Assembly (NCBI GenBank): GCA_035539375.1
Contig: DATLIP010000114.1
Coordinates: 7,443-71,442, forward strand
DNA length: 64,000 nt
DNA from: Bdellovibrionota bacterium
GTDB taxonomy: Bacteria > Bdellovibrionota > UBA2428
Direction: 5' to 3'
Both the position numbers and the translations under genes were made by a program. Each line of letters opens with the position of its first letter. Position 1 is the stretch's first letter. The notes under the pieces are model-generated. The model was not told where the DNA came from and made no database searches. It was given only the letters and a program-made list of their open reading frames with translations. Positions 53,440 through 63,848 of the stretch are shown here, piece by piece.

Positions 53440-56400
53440 AACGCATCGTGGCCCTCATCTTAGTCGCCGGGTGCAATCCGCTGGCCGAAACCAATTTCAA
53501 CCCCAAGTGGTCTCCGGGCGTGAGCATCTCTAGCACCGAGTCTACTCTCAGCTTTGCCGCGAGCAGTCTCCGGGAGGGCGAGCTGACCGATGTGAGCCTG
53601 CATCTGCGAGATCAAAATGGACGCGATTACATCAGCGATCTCAGCGAACTCCGCTTTGAACTCATCATGGGGTCGAGCGAAGGAGACTTTAGCACGTTTC
53701 AATCCAATGGAGACGGGACCTACTCCGGCACGTTTACGGGCACTCTAGCGGGAACCCCCTCAAAGTATGCGATCTACTTGGACCAAAGCAAGATTCTCGA
53801 AGTCTCCGAATCCGTGCAAGTGCTCAGTCGAAACTTCTCCCTTAGCAACTCAGTGGTGACCACCACTTCCACAAGCCTCGCCGCGGGTACCGACATCGCG
53901 GTGACACTCACGATGCGAGATGACAGTGGAAATTTGCTCACGGAGGGTGGCCTCAGCGTGACCTTCTTTACTAGTGGCGGCCAGAGCACCGGTGTTTTTT
54001 CTGCAGTGACAGATCACAACGACGGAACCTACACCGCAACCTTTTCCGGACGCACGGCGGGCACCGCAACGAGCCTCTCCGCCCGCATCGCCGGCGTGGC
54101 CCTCACGTCTGCCGCTCCGAGCGTCACCGTCACTCCGGGTGTGGTTTCGCTAACGGCATCCACCGTGAGCGCGTCCAGCACGTCACTAGCTAAAAACGGA
54201 ACAGCCCTTCTAACGATTCACGCCGAGGACGACTACGGCAACGCCGTCGTCGGAGCTCCGAACATCACACCATCACTGAGCTCCGGAGCTGGACTCAGCA
54301 CCGGCTCGTTCTCGCCCACCACTGCCGACGACCAAGGCGACGGCACCTATACCTCAACATTCACGGCCAACGCTTACGGCAGCGTCGCCGTCATCTCGGC
54401 TAGCGTTCAGGGCATCGGAACCATCACGGACACGCACAACATCACGGTAACAAATTCGGCGCCCACCTTGACCTCCGCATCAAGCCTCAGCGGTGCCTTC
54501 GAAGACACCGACTTTAGCATCAGTTATTCCGACCTTGCTTCGGCGGCCAACGAAGCGGATCTCGATGGCGACACCCTCCACTTCCGCGTCGAGGCGCTCT
54601 CCACCGGAACCCTGACCAAAGGCGGCTTCAGCGTGGTGCCCGGAACCACCACCCTTTCGAGCGGAGAAACTCTCGTGTGGCGAGCCATCGGCAACGCTAG
54701 CGGCACCCTGAACGCGTTCACGATCAAAGCCTATGATGGCTCGCTTTACTCCTCTAGCGCGGTTCAAGTGCAAGCCGTGGTGAGCGCTGTGAACGACACC
54801 CCGGTGGCCAATGCGCTCTCGTTTTCCACGAACGAAGACACCACTTACACCTCTAACGGCACGACCCGCGCTCACCTCAGCGGCAGCGACACCGAAGGCT
54901 CCTCACTCTCTTGCGCCAAAGACACAGATCCCTCGAGCGGCTCTGTGACCGTCAACACCAACTGCTCCTTTAGTTACACGCCGTCGGCCAATTACAACGG
55001 CTCTGACTCTTTCACTTACACCGTAAACGATGGGACGATCTCTTCCTCTGCCGTCACGGTGTCCATCACTGTGAGCGCCGTGAACGACACCCCGGTAGCC
55101 GACGCGCTCTCGTTTTCAACGAACGAAGACACCACCTACGCTTCCAACGGCACGACCCGCGCTCACCTCAGCGGCAGCGACGTCGAAGGCCCCTCCCTCA
55201 CTTGCACCAAATCCTCGGACCCTTCGCATGGTTCCGTAACCGTCAATTCCAACTGCTCTTTTAGCTACACGCCAACAGCCAACTATAACGGCTCTGACTC
55301 TTTTGATTTTACCGTGAGCGATGGCAGCCTGAGCTCAAGTGCGGCCGCGGTGAGCATCACTGTGTCTGCCGTCAATGATGCGCCGGTGGCGAACGCCGAC
55401 ACCCGCAACCTCTACGTCAACACTCCGATCTTTGTGTATCCGGTGTACAATGACAGCGACGTGGATGGAGATAACCTCACGGTTAGCGCTGTTTCTGGTG
55501 CCACAAACGGAACTGCCACCCTCGTCCCCAACAACAAGGTCGTGCTATTCACACCCACCACAAATTTCACGGGCACCGCTTCGTTCACCTACACCCTCAG
55601 CGACGGCACCGCCACGAGCAACGCCACCGTCACCTTTAGTGTCATCGCCAACACCACCAACTCATTCATTGCCTCGGGAGCTACGGGGTGGAAGTATCGC
55701 GATAACGGAGCCGAACCCCCAGACGACGCGCAGAGTGACGGATGGCAGGACCTAGCCTTCGACGATTCGGCGTGGTCATCAGGACAAGCCATTCTCGGTT
55801 ACGGCAGCAACGGAGAAGTCACCACCGTTAGCTACGGCGGCAACGCCACAAACAAGTACATCACTACTTATTTCCGCAAAAGTTTTAACGTCTCCAACGC
55901 CTCTACTGTGAGCGCCCTGACGCTACAACTGCAACTCGACGACGGTGCGGTGGCCTATATCAACGGGGTCGAGGTGGGTCGCGTTAACATGCCCTCTCCG
56001 GGAGCGATCACCAATTCCACCCTAGCCTCGACTGCCATCGCCAACGAAACGGCATGGAACTCGATCTCGGTGAGCCCTTCACTGTTGGTCGACGGCGCCA
56101 ACGTTTTAGCCATCAGCCTGCACCAAAACGCCGCGAACAGTTCGGACCTGAGCATTGACGCCAAACTCGACGCCACGACAGGGGGATACCTCGCTAAGAA
56201 TTCCAGCTGGAAATACCACAACCTCGGAACGGATCTGAGCACTTCGTGGATTACAGACTCCTACAACGACACTTCTTGGTCGTCTGGATCCGGCATCCTC
56301 GGCGTCGACACCGACTTCACCCCCAACACAACCATCGGCATTGGCCCGGTGGGTGCGCGTTACCCGACGGTGTATTTCCGCAAATCCATTAGCCTGAGTT

Positions 56401-56687
56401 CTGCCCCCACCAACACATCCACCTTCGTGGTGAATCTCGCAACCGACGACGGCTCAGTGCTCTACATCAACGGACAAGAAGTCATCCGCTACAACCTTCC
56501 GTCCACGACGCTTAGCTACAACTCCTTGGCCTCATCGGCCATCGCCGCCCCCAACGAAAACGCCTACACCCTGTACCAGGTGGACCCCTTTTTCTTTCAA
56601 AACGGCACCAACCAATTGGCTGCGGAAGTCCACCAAAGCAGCGTCACCAGCTCCGACTTGGCCTTTGATGCGGCCCTGATGCCTTAA
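53436..56687 (+). CDS. Giant (1083 aa) surface lipoprotein, adhesin-like. It has a lipobox, three Big_1 (invasin/intimin-type Ig-like) domains, three 97-aa cadherin-like/VCBS-type tandem repeats, and two C-terminal ~165-aa repeats of unassigned type.
   Basis: MKRIVALILVAGC lipobox. Ig-like repeats carry a TxTAxxDDxGN-type pattern. VNDTPVAxALSFSTNEDTTYxSNGTTRAHLSGSD recurs three times. The C-terminal repeats share WKY...W..G.AILGYG...YFRKS...DDG.V.YING.EV.R.N.P. Confidence 0.7.
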   Translation: MKRIVALILVAGCNPLAETNFNPKWSPGVSISSTESTLSFAASSLREGELTDVSLHLRDQNGRDYISDLSELRFELIMGSSEGDFSTFQSNGDGTYSGTFTGTLAGTPSKYAIYLDQSKILEVSESVQVLSRNFSLSNSVVTTTSTSLAAGTDIAVTLTMRDDSGNLLTEGGLSVTFFTSGGQSTGVFSAVTDHNDGTYTATFSGRTAGTATSLSARIAGVALTSAAPSVTVTPGVVSLTASTVSASSTSLAKNGTALLTIHAEDDYGNAVVGAPNITPSLSSGAGLSTGSFSPTTADDQGDGTYTSTFTANAYGSVAVISASVQGIGTITDTHNITVTNSAPTLTSASSLSGAFEDTDFSISYSDLASAANEADLDGDTLHFRVEALSTGTLTKGGFSVVPGTTTLSSGETLVWRAIGNASGTLNAFTIKAYDGSLYSSSAVQVQAVVSAVNDTPVANALSFSTNEDTTYTSNGTTRAHLSGSDTEGSSLSCAKDTDPSSGSVTVNTNCSFSYTPSANYNGSDSFTYTVNDGTISSSAVTVSITVSAVNDTPVADALSFSTNEDTTYASNGTTRAHLSGSDVEGPSLTCTKSSDPSHGSVTVNSNCSFSYTPTANYNGSDSFDFTVSDGSLSSSAAAVSITVSAVNDAPVANADTRNLYVNTPIFVYPVYNDSDVDGDNLTVSAVSGATNGTATLVPNNKVVLFTPTTNFTGTASFTYTLSDGTATSNATVTFSVIANTTNSFIASGATGWKYRDNGAEPPDDAQSDGWQDLAFDDSAWSSGQAILGYGSNGEVTTVSYGGNATNKYITTYFRKSFNVSNASTVSALTLQLQLDDGAVAYINGVEVGRVNMPSPGAITNSTLASTAIANETAWNSISVSPSLLVDGANVLAISLHQNAANSSDLSIDAKLDATTGGYLAKNSSWKYHNLGTDLSTSWITDSYNDTSWSSGSGILGVDTDFTPNTTIGIGPVGARYPTVYFRKSISLSSAPTNTSTFVVNLATDDGSVLYINGQEVIRYNLPSTTLSYNSLASSAIAAPNENAYTLYQVDPFFFQNGTNQLAAEVHQSSVTSSDLAFDAALMP
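54780..55652 (+). repeat. Three tandem 291-bp (97-aa) intragenic repeats; the first two are near-identical and the third is divergent
   Basis: Direct nucleotide repeats starting at 54780, 55071 and about 55362 (GTGAGCGCxGTGAACGACACCCCGGT...). Confidence 0.75.
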
Positions 56688-56762
56688 AAAAAAAGCCTCC
56701 TATGAGACCCTCATTTTTGGACTTTGAGATCGCCGCTGGGTCCACTATGAGAATTCTCAATC

Positions 56763-58670
56763 ATGTCACGTCGTCACGCCCCGATCCTTTGGCTGTGGAC
56801 CATCGGCTTCCTTGCGCCCGGGCTCGCCCACGCCACCAAAAACGACAGCCGCTGCATCGCGCTCATGACCGGAATGCCGATGCGTTACTACAATGTGGAC
56901 GCCAACGGACAACACCGCGAAGTCCGCCGTGACATCCACTCCAAACTGCGGCTCACGCGCGCTTCAAGCCCTACCCCAGAAATTGAAGCGCGCGTGCGCT
57001 ACCTCTACGACCACCTTCCCCAGGCCCTCGCCGTGATCCGCGCCCGCATGATCTTCGGAGGTGGGCTCCACTTCGACGCGAACGAAGCAGAGCTCGTCGA
57101 ACTCATCACCAAACACCCCGAACGCTCCGAGCTCGTTTTCCTCTCGGGCCGCGAACACCCCGACGTCTTTGCCCAGGCCGGCACGCACCGTGCTGCCGTC
57201 ACCGGCGACCGGATCGAGGATCCCATTTACATCGACACCGATAAGGCCGCAGAGCTGAACGACGAAGCCATTTTCTCGATGCTTTTGCACGAGACGGGCC
57301 ACCATTACGGCATCAAAGACGACGAAGAGCGCAGTCTCGACGAGTGGGCCGCCAAGATCACGCGTCGCCTGAATTTCCAAACGCTCGTCCTGGACGACCC
57401 GGACGGCACGCCCAGCGCCATCGGCTTGCGCGAGTTCCAGCTCGACCTCACCGATCACCTCTACGACCCTTGGGTGCTCCGCATGACTCACGTCAACGAG
57501 CTCGGCATAGGTTCGAACCTCTACGTTTCGGATGGCCACGTTGCGCACGACTTGCGCGAGGCGGTGCATAACCATTTGCTATCCCGCGAAACCATGATGA
57601 CCACCGATCACAGCCGAGAGTTCTACCTGCACGTCTTAGCCCACGCGTATCATTTCGACGCGGACGGCCGGGGCGACCTGGTCCTGACGGTGCGCCTCGA
57701 GGAATACTCGGGTCGCCTAAACCTGCGCTCCAAATTGCTCGAAGATGTTTACGAAGTTTCGATCGCCGTCGAAAAACGCGACGGGGTGATCCACTTCGTC
57801 CCGGACGAGGCGCCACGCACCCTATACCAAAAATCCTACGTGCAGGATCGGGTCTCCACCCGCTGGCTACGCGCCGAATTAGGAGTACCCGCTTACGACA
57901 AGGAGTTTGTCCTTGAGAATACCGAGATCGACGTGAGCGCGGGCCATTACCGTATCCGCGCCGAGATCGAACGCCAACTCGGTTTCGACAATCGCCGCAA
58001 CTTGCGCGCCATCTGGGTAAAACCCGTCGAAGTCGGCGGCCAAACCTACCACGTGCCCCTCTCCCCCCTCGACGCCGAAGCCCGGGTGCGCTGGAGCGGC
58101 CCCGATTGGCCCGAGGAAGGCCACCAGAACGGTCACTGGATCGTGGAAGCCGACGGCAGCGCCGCGGGTCTCGAGGGCGCCAAGTTCTACGGTTTTCTCC
58201 TCGGTTATCAGATCATCCACAGCGAAACTTACGTGACGATCCAGGGCCACCCCGCCGCCCGCGCCGACGAAACGCACGGCGTCCGCGCCACGCTCGCCAA
58301 CTCGGCCGACATGGATTCCCGGCGCCCCGAAATGCTCTTCACCACCGGGCGCACGTGGGATCTCGATCCCGAGGACGTCATCGCGGTCATTCCGCACTTC
58401 AAGAATTCTTCGTTCAACATGTCGATCGTCGACGCCTCGCTTTTTCCGGCGGAGTTTTTTAGGGATCTCACCTTAGAACGCAGCACCCCGGAAGGGGAAT
58501 TTGCCCTCTCCTTTGCGGCCCTTCAGAAGGAGGGCCGCAATTTCGGACTCTCGCAGTGGATCGGCCGGATCCACTTCACGGGATTCACCTTCGTGCGCCG
58601 CGACCTCTCGCGCGTCACGCTGGATTTCGAAAAGCCCGAGGCCTTTCATTACCGTTGGCAGGGCATGTAG
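56763..58670 (+). CDS. Secreted hypothetical protein with an HExxH zincin-like motif (putative metalloprotease)
   Basis: Signal peptide ILWLWTIGFLAPGLAHA; SMLLHETGHHYG; 635 aa, otherwise unassigned. Confidence 0.5.
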   Translation: MSRRHAPILWLWTIGFLAPGLAHATKNDSRCIALMTGMPMRYYNVDANGQHREVRRDIHSKLRLTRASSPTPEIEARVRYLYDHLPQALAVIRARMIFGGGLHFDANEAELVELITKHPERSELVFLSGREHPDVFAQAGTHRAAVTGDRIEDPIYIDTDKAAELNDEAIFSMLLHETGHHYGIKDDEERSLDEWAAKITRRLNFQTLVLDDPDGTPSAIGLREFQLDLTDHLYDPWVLRMTHVNELGIGSNLYVSDGHVAHDLREAVHNHLLSRETMMTTDHSREFYLHVLAHAYHFDADGRGDLVLTVRLEEYSGRLNLRSKLLEDVYEVSIAVEKRDGVIHFVPDEAPRTLYQKSYVQDRVSTRWLRAELGVPAYDKEFVLENTEIDVSAGHYRIRAEIERQLGFDNRRNLRAIWVKPVEVGGQTYHVPLSPLDAEARVRWSGPDWPEEGHQNGHWIVEADGSAAGLEGAKFYGFLLGYQIIHSETYVTIQGHPAARADETHGVRATLANSADMDSRRPEMLFTTGRTWDLDPEDVIAVIPHFKNSSFNMSIVDASLFPAEFFRDLTLERSTPEGEFALSFAALQKEGRNFGLSQWIGRIHFTGFTFVRRDLSRVTLDFEKPEAFHYRWQGM

Positions 58671-58723
58671 ACCGGGTCATTCCGCGCTTGTTCCTCACCC
58701 AAAACACGATTAAATTGTGCGCC

Positions 58724-59769
58724 GTGAGCAGGGATACCAAAATCACCGATTTGCCTCCGAAATGGCGTTACCCCGCCGAATGGGAAGCGCACGCGGCCAC
58801 TTGGCTGGCGTGGCCCTTCCACCGGGAGCTGTGGGAAGAAAATCTTCCCGCCGCCCAGCTCGAATTTGTGAAACTCGTCGAGGCGATCTCGGCTGGCGAG
58901 AAGATCAAAATCCTCGGCCACAACGACGATGCCATCCTCGAGGCGCGCGCGCACCTGGCCCACATCAAGACCGTGGAATACTTTCACGTGCCCTACGGCG
59001 ACATTTGGGTACGCGACACGGGCTGCCTTTTTTACCTGAACGAGTCGGAGCGCAAACTCTGCGCCAAGACTTTTTCCTTCAACGGCTGGGGTGAGAAGTA
59101 CCTCTTCCCCGAAGATCCTCTCATCGCCGCACAGATGGCCTCCCTCGCTGGCGTGCGCGAGCCGCAGCGCTCGGAGTGGATTGTCGAAGGCGGCGCTCTA
59201 GAATGGGATGGCAAAGGCAATTTGCTCACCACTCGCCAATGCCTCCTCAACCCCAACCGCAAAAATTCCTGGCGCGGTGACGAAGGCGCTGTCGAAGACC
59301 AAATCAAACGGGAACTCGGCGTGAGCGCCGTGGGCTGGATCAGCGAAGGCCTTCTGAACGACCACACCGATGGACACATCGACACCATCGTGCGCTTTGT
59401 CGCGCCCGGAGTGGCCGTATGCATGGAAGCGCAAAATTCCTCCGACCCGCAACGCGACCAGCTGCGCGGCATTCTCGAGGATTTGAAGCGAATCAAACTC
59501 GCCGACGGTTCGCGGCTCGAAATCTTCACTGTGCCCTCGCCCGGCGCTGTTCTCGACGAAGAGGGCGAAGTGATGCCCGCGTCCTACATGAACTTCTACC
59601 TCGGCAATGACCTCGTCGTGGTGCCCACTTACGAATGTCGTGCCGACGACTCCGCGCTCAAAGCTCTGGAGCCGCTCTTTCGCGGCCGCCAGCTCACCGG
59701 CACCTCGTCGCTCGCGATCCTCAGCGGCGGGGGATCCTTTCACTGCATCACCCAACAGGAGCCCAAACT

Positions 59770-59773
<4 letters not shown>
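58724..59773 (+). CDS. aguA: Agmatine deiminase
   Basis: PAEWEAHAATWLAWP, IVEGGALEWDGKGNLLTT, CLLNPNRN, GHIDTIVRF and the C-terminal GGGSFHCITQQ catalytic Cys match the porphyranase-type PAD / AguA family. GTG start near 58724. Confidence 0.8.
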
Positions 59774-60645
<872 letters not shown>

Positions 60646-60659
60646 TCATCCACAAACAA

Positions 60660-60890
60660 ACTCAAAGGTATCCTTCGCCCAAGACCAACGACGGATACCT
60701 TCGCCCAAATCCTCGCGGGGACGGGTAAAAGGGACGTGTTAAGGTATCCGTTTCCCGTACCGGATACATCCTACTCCCCGCAAACGTAGTCCCCATCCCT
60801 CGATTGGCCCACCTACCCCGTGGGGACGGGTAAAGGGGACGGGTTAAAGTACCGGGTTAAGGTAACGGATACCTTTCGTCGAAGGCGGCG
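60660..60890. repeat. Repeat-rich intergenic region upstream of rapA. It carries at least five copies of the 7-mer GGTATCC/GGATACC in both orientations and two copies of a GGGGACGGGTAAA(A)GGGACG(G)GTTAA(G)GTA block.
   Basis: Seen in the sequence at about 60667, 60694, 60743, 60761 and 60867, with long blocks at about 60716-60750 and 60822-60883. Confidence 0.55.
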
Positions 60891-60944
60891 TTTCTCCTAT
60901 GGGAGAGGCCGAGTCATCGCTTGCTGTTCCCGCTATGACGTTCT

Positions 60945-63842
60945 ATGTTGCCCGCCATGGAATGGCTACCCGGGCAAAAAGTGAGGTCGCAGCTGGAACC
61001 CGACCTCGGCGCGGGCACCGTTTCGCAAGTGCAGGGCACCCAATGGATCGAAGTGAATTTCGCCAAAGCCCAGGTCGTGCGTCGCTATTCCACCAAACAC
61101 CCGCCACTGATTCCGCTCAAATTTTCGAACGGGGAACTGATCCGTCTCACTTCGGGCAGCACCCACCGTGTGACCGCCATTCGCCAGCACCTCGGACTCA
61201 TGTGCTACAAAGTCGAGGACGGTCGCTGGATCGTGGAGAACGAAATCGACGACACCGCTCAGGCCCAGGGCGCCGAAGTCAAGCTCTGGCGCGGTGAGTG
61301 GTCGCGCTACAAAGCCTTCCGCTTGCGCTTGCGCCTCTTGCGCGCCACCTTCGACATGCACGACCCCGCCGTGATGGGCATCCGCTCGGCTCGCGTCGAC
61401 TTGCACCCGCACCAACTCTACCTCGCCTCGAACCTCGCCGCGCGCTGGACTCCGCGCGCGATCCTCGCCGACGAAGTGGGCCTAGGCAAAACCATCGAGG
61501 CCGGACTCGTGCTCTCGGCGCTGCACGCGCGCGGCTTTGCCGAACGCTGTATCATCAGCTGCCCCGAATCGCTGCAGTTCCAGTGGCTCTCCGAACTCTA
61601 TCGCCGCTTCGCGATCTCCGCCACGCTGCTCCTGCGCGAAGATCTCGAAGAAGCTACCGAAGAACGAAATCTTTTTGAAGAATCCGCCGTGATGGTAGTC
61701 TCACACGAAGTGCTGCGCGAGATCCACGCTCGTTACCCCAAATGGTTCCAACCCACGGAGTGGGATCTTTGCATCATCGACGAAGCCCACCGCTTCACAC
61801 GACCCCTCACCAATCCCGCTGACCCGCTCGCCGAGCTCGCGACCAAGAATGTCGCCGAGATCCTCTGCGAAAAATCTCGCGGCGCTCTGCTCCTCACCGC
61901 CTCGCCCATGCACCGCGGTCTCTTTGGCCTCTTCCAGCTCCTGCGCTCGCTCGACCCGCAGAAGTACGACAACTACGCCATGTTCCAAGATGATATGACT
62001 CGCTCGCGCCGCCTGGCGCCAGTGGCGCAAAAGCTCTACTCCGAAACCTACACGCCCACCGAGCTCGCTCAGGTCAAACGCGCCTACGCCCAGGATACGG
62101 ACCTGCTGGCCTCTATCGAAAAGCTCGACAAGCACAAGGATCCCGACGAGTTGCTGCGCAAACTCTCCGAGCGACATTTCCTCGGCAGGTATTTCTTTCA
62201 GAACCGCCGCGAGCGCTTGCTTGGGTTTCCCAAACGCCAGATCATCGTCGACGCCATCGCTCCCAGCGACCGCCTGCGCAAGGAACTTTCCGAAGCGGCT
62301 GCCGAGATCGACCTCGAGGACTTCGGCGCCCTTCACTCGCTCGCCACCTCCATCGCCCCAGTGAGCGGAAAATTCCTCGGCTTCGCAGAAAAGCTCGAGT
62401 GGCTCCTCGCGAACCTCAAAAAACTCCCTCCCAAAACCAAAGCCTTCGTGATCACGAGCCGCGACAACGAAGCGCGCGAGATTCACCGTGTCCTTGTCGA
62501 ACAGCTGCACTCGCGCATCGGCCTCTTCCACTCGCAGATGAACATGATCGAACGCGACCGTCAGGCCGCGTGGTTCAGCGAAGAAAACGGCGCCCAGATC
62601 ATGGTCGCCAGCGAGATTGGCGGCGAGGGCCGCAACTTCCAGATGGCCTCGCAGCTCTACATGATGGACCTGCCAAGCAACCCCGAGACCATCGAACAGC
62701 GCATCGGCCGCCTCGACCGCCTCGGTCAACGCTTTCCGATTCACATTCACATGTGCGCCGTAAAGAATTTCCCCGAAGACATCTACCTGTCTTGGTGCGA
62801 CCTCGGTGTCTCCATGCTGCGCGCGCCCGCGGCGGGCGTGATGGCCATCTTCGAAAAGGTGCGCCGCGAACTGCAAGCCGCTTACCGTGAGTCGATCGAC
62901 AACCTCAGTGTCAAAGAGCAGATCCCGCACCCGCGCGCCATGCAGCCGCTCTTAAAAATCACACACAGCGAACACGCCAAGTGGATCGACGAGGTCCGCA
63001 ACTCTGCCAACGTGCTCATCGACCTCAACTCCTACCGTGAAGCCGACGGACGTCGCCTCAAAACCGTGCTCGAATCGCAGATGACTCAGAACACCGTGCT
63101 CGGCCTCACGCAGGAACTGATGAATCACTTCGGCATCGAGCACGAAGAGCTCGATCGCGCCGACATGCTGCGCCTGCAGGCCAACGCGCAGATGTTCATC
63201 GAAGAGTACCCCGAGCTGCCGCTCGATCAGGACGTCATCGTGAGCACTCGCCGAAGCCTGTGTCTGGAGCGCGAGGATTTCCGCTTTCTCAGCCCCGACC
63301 ACCCCATCTACACCGAGGGCAAAGACCTCTTTTTGCGCTCGCACCAGGGCCAGGCCACCTGCGCGGAGATCCTGAATGCGGGCATCCCCAAGGGCCTCTA
63401 CGTCCACTGCGTCTTTGCGCTCAGCGAAGCCATTCCCCACGACATCCAGGGGCTCGTGCAAATGGATCCCATCGACATCGTGCTCAGTGCGCGCGGGGAG
63501 ACCCTCGACTGGACGGAGCTCGGCGATCTCGAAGTTCGCGACTGGGCTCCCGAGATGGAGCTGAACTATGTGGAGGACATCCAGGGCCCCCTCGAAGACC
63601 TCATCGAAACCGCCAAGGCCAAAACGCAGCTCAGCTTCAAACGCCGCCTCGAGGAGGCGCTTGCCAAATGTGTGAAGGTCATCAAGGACCGCCAATCGCA
63701 TTTCAAATACCTCTCGAGCATCGGCCAGCATCCGCACCCGGCTGAGGTCCAGGCCCTCGAGCAAATTCTCGGCCGCGTCGAAAGTCTGCGCACGAGCGCC
63801 AAACCCTATCTTGACTCTATCGCCGTCCTGATTAAGTCTTAG
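60945..63842 (+). CDS. rapA: RNA polymerase-associated SWI2/SNF2 ATPase RapA (HepA)
   Basis: The N-terminus GQKVRSQLEPDLGAGTVS matches E. coli RapA GQRWISDTESELGLGTVV. Helicase motif I LADEVGLGKTIEAG and motif II IDEAHRF are present, with a C-terminal helicase domain. 965 aa versus 968 aa in E. coli. Confidence 0.85.
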   Translation: MLPAMEWLPGQKVRSQLEPDLGAGTVSQVQGTQWIEVNFAKAQVVRRYSTKHPPLIPLKFSNGELIRLTSGSTHRVTAIRQHLGLMCYKVEDGRWIVENEIDDTAQAQGAEVKLWRGEWSRYKAFRLRLRLLRATFDMHDPAVMGIRSARVDLHPHQLYLASNLAARWTPRAILADEVGLGKTIEAGLVLSALHARGFAERCIISCPESLQFQWLSELYRRFAISATLLLREDLEEATEERNLFEESAVMVVSHEVLREIHARYPKWFQPTEWDLCIIDEAHRFTRPLTNPADPLAELATKNVAEILCEKSRGALLLTASPMHRGLFGLFQLLRSLDPQKYDNYAMFQDDMTRSRRLAPVAQKLYSETYTPTELAQVKRAYAQDTDLLASIEKLDKHKDPDELLRKLSERHFLGRYFFQNRRERLLGFPKRQIIVDAIAPSDRLRKELSEAAAEIDLEDFGALHSLATSIAPVSGKFLGFAEKLEWLLANLKKLPPKTKAFVITSRDNEAREIHRVLVEQLHSRIGLFHSQMNMIERDRQAAWFSEENGAQIMVASEIGGEGRNFQMASQLYMMDLPSNPETIEQRIGRLDRLGQRFPIHIHMCAVKNFPEDIYLSWCDLGVSMLRAPAAGVMAIFEKVRRELQAAYRESIDNLSVKEQIPHPRAMQPLLKITHSEHAKWIDEVRNSANVLIDLNSYREADGRRLKTVLESQMTQNTVLGLTQELMNHFGIEHEELDRADMLRLQANAQMFIEEYPELPLDQDVIVSTRRSLCLEREDFRFLSPDHPIYTEGKDLFLRSHQGQATCAEILNAGIPKGLYVHCVFALSEAIPHDIQGLVQMDPIDIVLSARGETLDWTELGDLEVRDWAPEMELNYVEDIQGPLEDLIETAKAKTQLSFKRRLEEALAKCVKVIKDRQSHFKYLSSIGQHPHPAEVQALEQILGRVESLRTSAKPYLDSIAVLIKS

Positions 63843-63848
63843 CCCCCC

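Noticed and set aside
60650-60900. CRISPR array upstream of rapA
   Set aside because: The repeats are short (7-mer), irregularly spaced and of mixed orientation. There are no uniform 28-37-bp direct repeats with unique spacers and no cas genes.
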